DNA of 64,000 nt, from the NCBI GenBank assembly GCA_018655525.1, contig JABIJM010000002.1, forward strand, positions 109,575 to 173,574. Direction: 5' to 3'. Below the pieces are notes generated by a model. It was not told the origin of the DNA. It worked only from the letters and a program-made list of their open reading frames with translations, and searched no databases. Made by a program: the position numbers and the translations under genes. The stretch is from Candidatus Woesearchaeota archaeon. Its GTDB lineage: Archaea; Nanobdellota; Nanobdellia; Woesearchaeales; GW2011-AR9. Of the stretch, positions 49,238 through 57,871 are shown in pieces; position 1 is the first letter of the stretch; each line of letters opens with the position of its first letter.

Positions 49238-50089
49238 TTATTCGCTATTAACTAATTGATCTAAAAGATGAGATCTTCTTTTACTTTCTTCTAAAGCTTT
49301 TTTAGCTTCTTTTAATTCTTTTTGTTTCTTTAATTTTTCTGAAGAAGCTTTATCTTGATCTTTTTTATCTTCATGGTCAATAAGATAATCTCTCAACTTA
49401 TTCTGATAAACAAATACCATCTTTTGGTCTTCAAGATTTAATGGAGAATCAAGTTTGATTACACGATCAACAAGGACTTTATCAAATTCACGAAGTTTAA
49501 AATGAAGTGTATTATTTTGAAAATCACGTTCTAAAAATACATGCCCATATGGTTTTTGACTTTTATAGGAAATTCTAATTACACCATCTTTTGTATATGA
49601 TGCTCCTTCAATATTTCTATTTATAGGCATTGCAAGAGCATACTGCGCATGTGGAATTCTCCCAAAAAATGTCTTAGGAGTATAATTTATTAAACATGGC
49701 TCTGCTTCACCTAATCTTCCTTTAATTGATAGATGTGGAACTGAATCATCAACAGTTTCACAATGTTCAATTCCGAATTCTTCCCAACAACTTTCATGGG
49801 ATCCATATGTAAGTAGTTCGTCAACTGGAACACCATTTTCTTTTAATAAATTTCTACAAAGGTTTATTGAATTAAATTTAGATGCATCCATATTGTTTCC
49901 TTGAGAATCCTTCATAAATTGTTCTAAATAATCACATTCTAACTTTGTTGAAGCTCGTTCACGATCTTCACAATGAGAGGGGATATTTCGTGTAGGCTGT
50001 TTTGATGTAGTACCATAACTACATCCCATAGCTCCAACTGTAAGACCTGCCGCAAGAATTGTGTGTGCTAATAATTTTTTTAATCCCAT
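49238..50089 (-). CDS. Secreted/lipoprotein-like protein with KE-rich coiled-coil C-terminus
   Basis: Signal peptide with a Cys after the hydrophobic core (AAGLTVGAMGCS). The C-terminal tail is KDQDKASSEKLKKQKELKEAKKALEESKRR. Confidence 0.4.
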   Translation of the reverse strand: MGLKKLLAHTILAAGLTVGAMGCSYGTTSKQPTRNIPSHCEDRERASTKLECDYLEQFMKDSQGNNMDASKFNSINLCRNLLKENGVPVDELLTYGSHESCWEEFGIEHCETVDDSVPHLSIKGRLGEAEPCLINYTPKTFFGRIPHAQYALAMPINRNIEGASYTKDGVIRISYKSQKPYGHVFLERDFQNNTLHFKLREFDKVLVDRVIKLDSPLNLEDQKMVFVYQNKLRDYLIDHEDKKDQDKASSEKLKKQKELKEAKKALEESKRRSHLLDQLVNSE

Positions 50090-50149
50090 TAAACCTATAA
50101 ATAGACACCTATTTATAAAGTTTTTCCTGAGGAGTGGTGATTCCTCATT

Positions 50150-51280
50150 TTGACAAAAAACTTAATAAGAGGTTATTCTTCACACAAAAACATGATTTAC
50201 AAAAATATCTTGAAACCGATCTTTTTCAAACAAGATCCTGAAAAGATTCATGAATCTATGACAAAGATTGGTTCTATTTTAGGAAAATTTATAGTTACAA
50301 GATTATTAGTTTCATCTATTCTTAATTATAAACATTCTTCTCTTACGCAAACAGTTGATGGAATCACATACCAAAATCCAATTGGATTAGCTGCTGGATT
50401 TGATAAGGATGCACATTTGACACAAATACTTCCATCTATTGGATTTGGATTTGAAGAGATAGGATCTGTGACAGCACTTCCTTGTAAAGGGAATCCTAAA
50501 CCACGATTATGGCGATTACCAAAATATAAATCATTAGTTGTATATTATGGATTGAAAAATAAAGGATGTGAAGCAATTGCACAAAAACTTCAAAATAAAA
50601 AGTTTGATTTTCCATTAGGTATTAGTATTGCAAAAACGAATTGTAAAGAAACGGTTGATATAGATACTGCGATTGAAGATTATTATACTTCTCTTGTAAG
50701 ATTAGAACCCTTTGCAGATTATATTACAATAAACATCAGTTGTCCAAATGCGTTTGGAGGTCAGCCGTTTACATCTGCTGAACTTTTAGATGCATTATTA
50801 GAGAAACTTGATACATTTGAAAGTAACAAGCCTCGTTACATAAAAGTATCACCAGATCTATCAATAGATCAAGTTGATGATTTGATTTCGGTTTCAGAGA
50901 ATCATAACATTCAAGGTTTTATTATTAGTAATCTTTTGAAGAAACGTGAAAACTCAGGTATTCCTTTAGAAGAATTTTCTAAAGTTGGACATGGAGGATT
51001 GAGTGGGAAACCAGTTCAAAAACATGCAAACAAAATGATCTCTTATGTCCATAAAAAAACAAAAGGTAGGTTTACAATCATTGGCGTTGGTGGTGTTTTC
51101 ACAGGTAAAGATGCATATGCAAAAATAAAAGCTGGTGCTTCTCTGATTCAACTGGTGACAGGATTAGTGTATGGTGGTCCTACAACGATTAAAAGAATTA
51201 ATCAAGAATTAGTTGTTCTTTTGGAGAAAGATGGTTTTTCTAATATTTCTGAAGCTGTTGGCTCTAATCATAAAAAATAA
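50150..51280 (+). CDS. pyrD: Dihydroorotate dehydrogenase, class-2-like (quinone-type architecture)
   Basis: N-terminal extension, then NPIGLAAGFDKD, GFGFEEIGSVT, NISCPN, GGLSGKP and IIGVGGV motifs. These are co-linear with E. coli PyrD. Unusually, the active-site position reads SCPN (Cys) rather than the SSPN of class 2. Confidence 0.85.
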   Translation: MTKNLIRGYSSHKNMIYKNILKPIFFKQDPEKIHESMTKIGSILGKFIVTRLLVSSILNYKHSSLTQTVDGITYQNPIGLAAGFDKDAHLTQILPSIGFGFEEIGSVTALPCKGNPKPRLWRLPKYKSLVVYYGLKNKGCEAIAQKLQNKKFDFPLGISIAKTNCKETVDIDTAIEDYYTSLVRLEPFADYITINISCPNAFGGQPFTSAELLDALLEKLDTFESNKPRYIKVSPDLSIDQVDDLISVSENHNIQGFIISNLLKKRENSGIPLEEFSKVGHGGLSGKPVQKHANKMISYVHKKTKGRFTIIGVGGVFTGKDAYAKIKAGASLIQLVTGLVYGGPTTIKRINQELVVLLEKDGFSNISEAVGSNHKK

Positions 51281-51298
51281 AAAAATAAAAATAAAAAA

Positions 51299-52021
51299 TT
51301 AGTTTTCTGCTTGACCAACATCAGCTGGTTTCCCTTTATCTTCAGGAACAACATCTTCTGGTTTCTCTTGAGCTCCTGCATCCTCAGGTTTTTTCTCATC
51401 TGCTTTTGCCATTTTATCCTTGGTTTCTTCCTCAGAAAGAATTTTAATGGTTGGTTTTAATTTATACTCGCCATTACCTGTTGCAATCACAGATTGTTGT
51501 GCATCAAAATCTAATGTCAAAGTTGTTGTTTCACCTGCAAGAATATCAAATCCTTTTACTAACTTTATTTTTCCAGACGGAACTTCTAAGTTATGCTCTT
51601 CACCATCAATTGTAACTTTAGCTTCCTTAAGAGTTAATCGTACTTGTGTATATTTTCCTGTATCTAACTCTGCTTGTCCTAATACATCAACAACATTAAC
51701 TAATTCCATTAAATCAAAAGTTTGTTCTTCTGCAACAACTGTAAACCATCCTGCTTTAGTTTCTTCTTCTACTTCTTCCGTAGTTTCTGTTTCTTCAGAC
51801 GTTTCAGGCACCTCAGGTTCTACAGCATCTTCTACTTCTTCATTATCTTCGCCAGCTACATGAACTTGAACTTCAGAAATTGTTACTAAAGCTTTCTCAA
51901 TGTTTAAATCCGCAGGAGCATCGGTGATTTGCATCACTAAAGTTCCTTTCTCTTCAACTGGTGTACAACCTATAATAAGAAATAAAACCAAGATTGCCGC
52001 CAAAATACTTACTATTCTCAT
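51299..52021 (-). CDS. Acidic secreted lipoprotein (DUF4382-like)
   Basis: Signal plus lipobox-like IIGCT. MQITDAP resembles the DUF4382 N-terminus. The central region is Glu/Thr/Val-rich and acidic. Confidence 0.4.
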   Translation of the reverse strand: MRIVSILAAILVLFLIIGCTPVEEKGTLVMQITDAPADLNIEKALVTISEVQVHVAGEDNEEVEDAVEPEVPETSEETETTEEVEEETKAGWFTVVAEEQTFDLMELVNVVDVLGQAELDTGKYTQVRLTLKEAKVTIDGEEHNLEVPSGKIKLVKGFDILAGETTTLTLDFDAQQSVIATGNGEYKLKPTIKILSEEETKDKMAKADEKKPEDAGAQEKPEDVVPEDKGKPADVGQAEN

Positions 52022-52129
52022 ACTAACACCTCATTTATTTTTAATTGAAGATTATTTTATACTTAATAAAGGTTACTTTAAAAGATAGATTATGGAACTA
52101 TTTAAATACTTTAATATTAAAATATTTTT

Positions 52130-52825
52130 ATGTTTACAAAAATCAAAGAAGACCTTCTAAAACAACAACGTCCTTCAAAGGCTGAGTTTCATTTACGTTT
52201 TTTTAAATGTGGAAAAGGGGAGTATGGTGAAGGGGATCAATTCCTTGGCGTTTCGGTTCCAGATCAAAGAAAAATCGCAAAGAAATATTTCAAAGAAGTT
52301 TCTTATGAAGATGTTCAAAGATTATTAGATTCAAAAATTCATGAACATCGGTTGACTGGTCTTTTCTTATTAAATTATAAGTTTGAAAAGTTTCCAGAAG
52401 AAAGAAAAAAGATTTATGAGTTATGGATTAAAAATACAAAAAATATTAACAACTGGGACTTGATAGATTGTTCTGCACCAAATGTTGTTGGTGAATATCT
52501 ATTAGATAAAGATAAATCCTTATTATATGAATTTGCAAAATCCAGTAATTTATGGAAGAAAAGAATTTCAATATTATCTACATTTAGATTCATTAAAAAT
52601 AATCGATTTAATGATACGATCAAAATTGCAGAAATTCTTGTAAATGATAAACATGATTTGATTCATAAAGCGGTAGGATGGATGTTACGAGAAGTTGGTA
52701 AGAAGGATCAAGCTGTTGAAGAAGCATTTCTTAAGAGATATCACAAAACAATGCCACGTACGATGTTGCGATATGCGATTGAGAGATTTAGTCAAGAGAA
52801 GCGAGAATACTACATGAAGAAATGA
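52130..52825 (+). CDS. DNA alkylation repair protein (AlkD/AlkC-like HEAT-repeat glycosylase family)
   Basis: The HEAT-like repeat architecture and 231-aa length are typical of the AlkD family (FHLRFFKCGKGEYGEGDQFLGVSVP...WDLID...HKAVGWMLREVGK). Confidence 0.65.
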   Translation: MFTKIKEDLLKQQRPSKAEFHLRFFKCGKGEYGEGDQFLGVSVPDQRKIAKKYFKEVSYEDVQRLLDSKIHEHRLTGLFLLNYKFEKFPEERKKIYELWIKNTKNINNWDLIDCSAPNVVGEYLLDKDKSLLYEFAKSSNLWKKRISILSTFRFIKNNRFNDTIKIAEILVNDKHDLIHKAVGWMLREVGKKDQAVEEAFLKRYHKTMPRTMLRYAIERFSQEKREYYMKK

Positions 52826-52830
52826 AATAT

Positions 52831-53184
52831 TTATATCCTATACCCTTCAAAAAATCTATCACTATTTTGCCCATAAGTTGCTCTAACTTTAAATATTCCA
52901 GATGGACTTTCAAAAACCTTTCCTTCTTTTTCAAATTCAATTAATGCCTTTTCAGCTACAAATCCTAAGTCATAATTTGTACCATCATTCACTAGCCAAT
53001 CCGGATTCTCTTCTTTTGGGTGTCCGTTTTGTAATAAACAAGTTGTTACAGAATCATCTAAATATGCTTCCACATTAGTTGAACACAAAGGAACCCGATT
53101 ATTTTGGAAATATCCTTCTAAAATGCCTTTACAACTCTTTATTTGTTCTCGTAATTTTTCTCCTGTTAGTTCTGTAGTTACCAT
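52831..53184 (-). CDS. Hypothetical protein
   Basis: ORF only. Confidence 0.3.
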   Translation of the reverse strand: MVTTELTGEKLREQIKSCKGILEGYFQNNRVPLCSTNVEAYLDDSVTTCLLQNGHPKEENPDWLVNDGTNYDLGFVAEKALIEFEKEGKVFESPSGIFKVRATYGQNSDRFFEGYRI

Positions 53185-53396
53185 AAACCATAAATGAATA
53201 TTATTAATATTTAAGGATTTAGATTATTAAAAAGACAATAGAAATTATTGAAAGATTATCTCCGATACCTTTATAAACACCCCCTCTAAATATATGATAT
53301 TAATTGGATCGGCAGAAACAGAGAGCCACCATACTTATTCTGTTTCACTTTACAAAATTTAGAAGTAATTAAGCGAACTCCAATGGAGAAAATAAT

Positions 53397-54680
53397 ATGA
53401 AACGATTTACAGATTTAGGTGTAAAACCTGAGATAGTACGAGGATTAGAAGATGATAAGATTTACAATCCTACCAACATTCAAGAACAATCAATTCCTGC
53501 AGCACATGAAGGAAAAGACGTCATTGGAATGAGCCGAACTGGTTCAGGAAAAACAGCAGCATTCGGAGTCCCTGTATTAGAAAAAGTACAGAAGTCACAA
53601 GGATTACAAGCAGTTATCCTTACACCAACACGAGAATTAGCAGTTCAAATTTCACGTCAGATGCAAAAATGGGCAAAGTATACAGAATTAAAAATTTGTA
53701 CAGTCTATGGTGGAGTAGCATATGAACCACAAATTGAAAATTTAAAAATTTCTGAGATTATGGTTGGAACACCAGGAAGAGTTTTAGATATCATGGAAAA
53801 GGGATTCTTAAAACTTCATCAGATTAATACCTTTGTATTAGATGAAGCTGATAAGATGGTTGAGATGGGTTTCATTGAAGATATTGAAAGAATTATACAA
53901 CCAATGCCTAAAGATAGACAAATCATTTTATTCGGTGCAACTCTTTCAAGTGAAATTGATCATATTAAAAACACACACATGAATGATCCAATCACCGCAG
54001 AATCTTCATTACATGTTGAGAAGGATTTATTGAAACAATATTACTATGAAATTTCACATAGGGAAAAGTTTTCTTTATTAGTTCATTTACTTAAGAAAGA
54101 AGAAACAGATAGAGTTATGATTTTCTGTAGTTCACGTTCAACTGTTGAATTAGTCTACAAAAATTTACGACATCAAAATATCAAAGCAGAAATGATCCAT
54201 GGAAAATTATCTCAAAATAAACGTCAAAGAGTAATTGATGGATTTAACAAAGGGAGACCTAAAATTTTAATCGCATCAGCAGTTGCTGCAAGAGGATTAG
54301 ATATCCAAGATGTGACACATGTATTCAATTATGACCTTTCACAAGATCCTCAAGAATACATCCACAGAGTTGGACGAACTGCAAGAGCAGGTGCAGAAGG
54401 AGTAGCATTCACATTATTAAGTGAACGTGATCACGAAACATTTGATCAGATTATGCGAAGGTACAACATTCCAGCTGTATTGCTTCCAAAAGAGAGTTTT
54501 CCACCTTTAAGATTTGACACTGGTGTTAAGAAACGATTTGGTGACAGACAGAACCATCAGCATCGTGGAAGTAGTAGCGGAAGTTACAGAGGAAACAACA
54601 GTTCAAGTGGACGAAGCAGCTTTGGGCGATCACAAGCACCTGCAAAGAATAAGCTAGCTTCTTCTGGTTGGAATGCGTAA
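53397..54680 (+). CDS. DEAD-box ATP-dependent RNA helicase with Ser/Gly/Arg-rich tail
   Basis: MSRTGSGKT, PTRELA, DEAD, GAT (SAT variant) and HRVGRTARAG motifs. Confidence 0.85.
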   Translation: MKRFTDLGVKPEIVRGLEDDKIYNPTNIQEQSIPAAHEGKDVIGMSRTGSGKTAAFGVPVLEKVQKSQGLQAVILTPTRELAVQISRQMQKWAKYTELKICTVYGGVAYEPQIENLKISEIMVGTPGRVLDIMEKGFLKLHQINTFVLDEADKMVEMGFIEDIERIIQPMPKDRQIILFGATLSSEIDHIKNTHMNDPITAESSLHVEKDLLKQYYYEISHREKFSLLVHLLKKEETDRVMIFCSSRSTVELVYKNLRHQNIKAEMIHGKLSQNKRQRVIDGFNKGRPKILIASAVAARGLDIQDVTHVFNYDLSQDPQEYIHRVGRTARAGAEGVAFTLLSERDHETFDQIMRRYNIPAVLLPKESFPPLRFDTGVKKRFGDRQNHQHRGSSSGSYRGNNSSSGRSSFGRSQAPAKNKLASSGWNA

Positions 54681-54751
54681 TTTTTTTATTTTATTTTTTA
54701 TCTAGTTTAAATCCTAGAAAACTTTTTAAGCCAATAATCTACAAACAATAG

Positions 54752-55462
54752 ATGCAACTAGATTCCTTTATCACATTCCTTAAAACATTAGAAAAAGACA
54801 ACGATCTTTTTCGCGTAAAGACAGTAGAAATGGATCTTAAAGGCATGTTGAATCCGACGAATGTATTAGATGATTTATTCTTTAAACAACAAAAATGGTT
54901 AGGATTTGATGAATTCTATTTGTATTATGTGCAGAAATTTTCTGAGCAATTAATTCGGAAATTTAATCCTACAAATATTGAGAATTTCAGATTGGGTTTG
55001 AAAGCAAGATTATATAGAACACAATTTGGATTTCTTACAGAATATCAAGCATTCTTGTTAGCTAAAGAAATCTTTGGTGATGTTGTACGAGATATTGCAT
55101 TAGATAAGAGAGGTGTTGATTTTCAAATTACATATAATGGAAAGAAATATAACATCCACATATTCGTTGATACTTCTAGAAGCTGGTTTTATAGAAATTT
55201 TAAATCACAACATAAACATGTTGAATCAGTTGAAGGGATACATGTGAATCTTCCATATGCGCTTGAAACAAACAAATTTAATTCGTTGATGTATTTACCA
55301 AATGGATTTGGGATCTATACAAAGGAGTATTTTGAACATTTCAAGAAAGAAATTGATTCTGGGAACTTGAAGAAGATTATTGGAACGAAGGATGACGGAT
55401 TTATTTATGAAGAATCCCTCGCCCTAACTTCACATACTCTTTATTCAACTCAAACGCGATAA
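54752..55462 (+). CDS. Hypothetical protein; candidate type II restriction endonuclease partner of the adjacent methyltransferase
   Basis: It is convergent with the MTase gene and their 3' ends overlap. A possible PD-(D/E)xK-like segment is (LDKRGVDFQITYNGKKYNIHIFVD). The assignment is by context only. Confidence 0.3.
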   Translation: MQLDSFITFLKTLEKDNDLFRVKTVEMDLKGMLNPTNVLDDLFFKQQKWLGFDEFYLYYVQKFSEQLIRKFNPTNIENFRLGLKARLYRTQFGFLTEYQAFLLAKEIFGDVVRDIALDKRGVDFQITYNGKKYNIHIFVDTSRSWFYRNFKSQHKHVESVEGIHVNLPYALETNKFNSLMYLPNGFGIYTKEYFEHFKKEIDSGNLKKIIGTKDDGFIYEESLALTSHTLYSTQTR

Positions 55463-56240
55463 AATCTATTCCTAATTTCTTTGCAACAACACATTCACTT
55501 CCGCTTCCTGCAAATGGAATTAATACAACACTATTATCTGCTTTAGAAGACATCAACAATCTCTTCGTAAGTTCCATTGGCTTCTGAGTCGGATGTTTCA
55601 AGACATCATGTTCTTTGTGATTTTTTAATTCTTTAGAAGCATAGACTTTTTTACAAGATCTACAAAGGAACCATCTCTCGGATGCACCTGCACCTCCTGC
55701 TAATGCGGATACTTTCAACACATCTCTTGGTAAGGCTCCTCTTTTATGTGCTTTGTAGATTGTTTCTTTGCCATTCTTACTGAATCTTCCAACAGTTCCT
55801 TTCCGTACTTTTCCTGCTGCATTATTCAAAAAGGAAGCTGTATAAGGTTCGCGAACAGCATCTCTGTTAAAGGTGGGAGCATCTTTCCAACAACAGATAA
55901 TGGATTCATGAGATCTCTGCCAGAAGTTTAAGGAAGGAATATTTTTATTTGTATAATGCCAAATTAACCATCTCTTTTGTAATGGTATCCTTACAGAAAG
56001 ATGTGCAAGAATTTCAGAAAAACCGTAAATGTACATTGTTCCTGTTGGTTTTAAAACACGTGTTGCTTCTGCAATCCATTTTTCTGACCATGTTAAATAT
56101 TCTTTGAGATCTTTCCTAATCGTAACACCGAAGTCCTTACCGATGTTGTATGGAGGATCTGCGATAATGATGTCTACAGAATGGTCTTTCAATTTCTTGA
56201 AGCCTTTGAGAACATCTATGTGGTGGATTTTGTTGAGCAT
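55401..56240 (-). CDS. DNA methyltransferase (N6-adenine/N4-cytosine, beta class)
   Basis: DPPY catalytic motif (IIIADPPYNIG) near the N-terminus and the AdoMet-binding FAGSGS near the C-terminus. This is the beta-class motif order (IV before I). Confidence 0.8.
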   Translation of the reverse strand: MLNKIHHIDVLKGFKKLKDHSVDIIIADPPYNIGKDFGVTIRKDLKEYLTWSEKWIAEATRVLKPTGTMYIYGFSEILAHLSVRIPLQKRWLIWHYTNKNIPSLNFWQRSHESIICCWKDAPTFNRDAVREPYTASFLNNAAGKVRKGTVGRFSKNGKETIYKAHKRGALPRDVLKVSALAGGAGASERWFLCRSCKKVYASKELKNHKEHDVLKHPTQKPMELTKRLLMSSKADNSVVLIPFAGSGSECVVAKKLGIDFIAFELNKEYVKLGRGILHK

Positions 56241-56351
56241 GGTTATTTTAGAGATAGGAGGTATAAATAGTTTGTTGTAATCTAATAGATTCTAAAAACT
56301 AATGATTCAAATAAATATATGTTTAAATATTGAATCAGATAAATCAAATAT

Positions 56352-56642
56352 ATGACTGATGAACCATTATATGAAGATAAAAATATTAAAATTGATTATC
56401 ATCCTACATCTGGAGAAGATCATTTTATAGAATTTGGTAGTTTTAGATACACTTTAGCAAGAGGTGTATTAGAAGATTTTGCAAGAGTTCCAAGAGAACA
56501 TTTAGTAGGAAGAATTGAAACATACAATTCTATGATTTTAGGTGGATTAGGAAGAAGTGATGTTGGTATTGACGGTTTGTATGATGCTTTATGTCAAGCT
56601 TATGCAGAAGAAGGACGTAGAATTAGAGCATATGTTCCTTGA
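56352..56642 (+). CDS. Hypothetical small protein
   Basis: ORF with slightly higher GC than its surroundings. Confidence 0.25.
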   Translation: MTDEPLYEDKNIKIDYHPTSGEDHFIEFGSFRYTLARGVLEDFARVPREHLVGRIETYNSMILGGLGRSDVGIDGLYDALCQAYAEEGRRIRAYVP

Positions 56643-56951
56643 TTAATGTATTCTGTAAGAATTAACAGAAAAATGAGAACCAGCAATATCTGCTTCCTGT
56701 GTTGAATCATAAACTATTCCTGCACCTCTTAGTAAACGAGGCATAGCTTCACTGAATGCAGCATCTCTGTCATGAGGAGGAAAATCTTTTTTTCTTTGTG
56801 TATACCAACTTAAATGTGCATCAACAATTTTAATTGCAGAATCAATTGCATCTGGAATCGTTTCTCCTTGACCACAAAGAGCATAACCTGTATGAGCAAT
56901 ATAAAGAGTTCTATCCCAACTTCTTTGTACTACAACATCAAGGTGTGGCAT
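56643..56951 (-). CDS. HicB/UPF0150-like small protein (possible antitoxin)
   Basis: YIAHTGYALCGQGETIPDAIDSAIKIVDAHL resembles the HicB N-terminal domain. The start is taken at the internal Met; the six-frame ORF extends to 57023. Confidence 0.3.
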   Translation of the reverse strand: MPHLDVVVQRSWDRTLYIAHTGYALCGQGETIPDAIDSAIKIVDAHLSWYTQRKKDFPPHDRDAAFSEAMPRLLRGAGIVYDSTQEADIAGSHFSVNSYRIH

Positions 56952-57030
56952 ATATAATAAGGAAGAGATTATATTTATAAATATTTCCAAACCCAAAACA
57001 ATTAAATAGTTCAAAGTTCGCATAACTTCT

Positions 57031-57831
57031 ATGAATCAATTGATTACCGAACTTAAGCTACGTGGATTTTCTAAGCAAACGGTAAAAACATATCTGTTAC
57101 AAAATAAATTATTTCTCAAACATATAAACAAAGAAGAAGCAGATATTACAGAAGCTGATGTTAAATCGTATCTTGGATATTTAATTTCAGATAAACAAAT
57201 GGAAATGTCTTCTGTTGCTCTTGCTAAAGCTGCATTGAAATTTTATTATGATGAAATTCTTGGAAAAAATATTGTTACATTGAAAACACCAAAGATTGCA
57301 CGAAAGTTACCAGAAGTATTAACGAAAGACGAAGTTAAGTTATTATTAAAGGCTGTGACACATACAAAAAGCAGGATTATTATCAAACTTTTGTATTCTT
57401 CCGGCATCCGTTTATCTGAATGTTTAAACATCAAAATTAAGGATTTAAATTTGAAGGAGAAGTATGGATGGGTCCGTGGTGGTAAAGGTGGGAAAGATCG
57501 GATGTTTATTTTGTCGGAAGATGTGTGTGATGAATTATGGAAATACACCCTTCAAAGACAGGGATTTGTCTTCCAAGGAAAGAATGGCGCATTATCACCA
57601 AGAAATGTACAGAAGATTGTACGAAAAGCTGCAGAGAAAGCTGGAATCAATAAAATCATCACACCACATAAATTACGTCATTCCTTTGCAACACATTTAT
57701 TGGAAGCTGGAACCGACATAAGAATCATTCAAGAATTGTTAGGACATTCTAATTTACAAACGACTCAAATTTATACGAAAGTTTCTCAGGAACAAATGAA
57801 GAAAGTGAGAAGTCCTTTGGATATGTTGTAG
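57031..57831 (+). CDS. Tyrosine recombinase (XerA/XerC/XerD-like integrase)
   Basis: The C-terminal catalytic region HKLRHSFATHLLEAGTDIRIIQELLGHSNLQTTQIYTKV carries the R..H..R..Y signature elements. It has an N-terminal SAM-like domain and is 266 aa long. Confidence 0.8.
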   Translation: MNQLITELKLRGFSKQTVKTYLLQNKLFLKHINKEEADITEADVKSYLGYLISDKQMEMSSVALAKAALKFYYDEILGKNIVTLKTPKIARKLPEVLTKDEVKLLLKAVTHTKSRIIIKLLYSSGIRLSECLNIKIKDLNLKEKYGWVRGGKGGKDRMFILSEDVCDELWKYTLQRQGFVFQGKNGALSPRNVQKIVRKAAEKAGINKIITPHKLRHSFATHLLEAGTDIRIIQELLGHSNLQTTQIYTKVSQEQMKKVRSPLDML

Positions 57832-57871
57832 TTTTCGCAAGTGTTTTAAAGTATTATAAATTTCTCCTAAC

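Noticed and set aside
51299-52021. Acidic Glu/Thr/Val-rich central region of the DUF4382-like lipoprotein as a possible tandem repeat or disordered effector.
   Set aside because: The region is low-complexity but not a clean tandem repeat. It is composition bias typical of acidic linkers, so nothing further was claimed.
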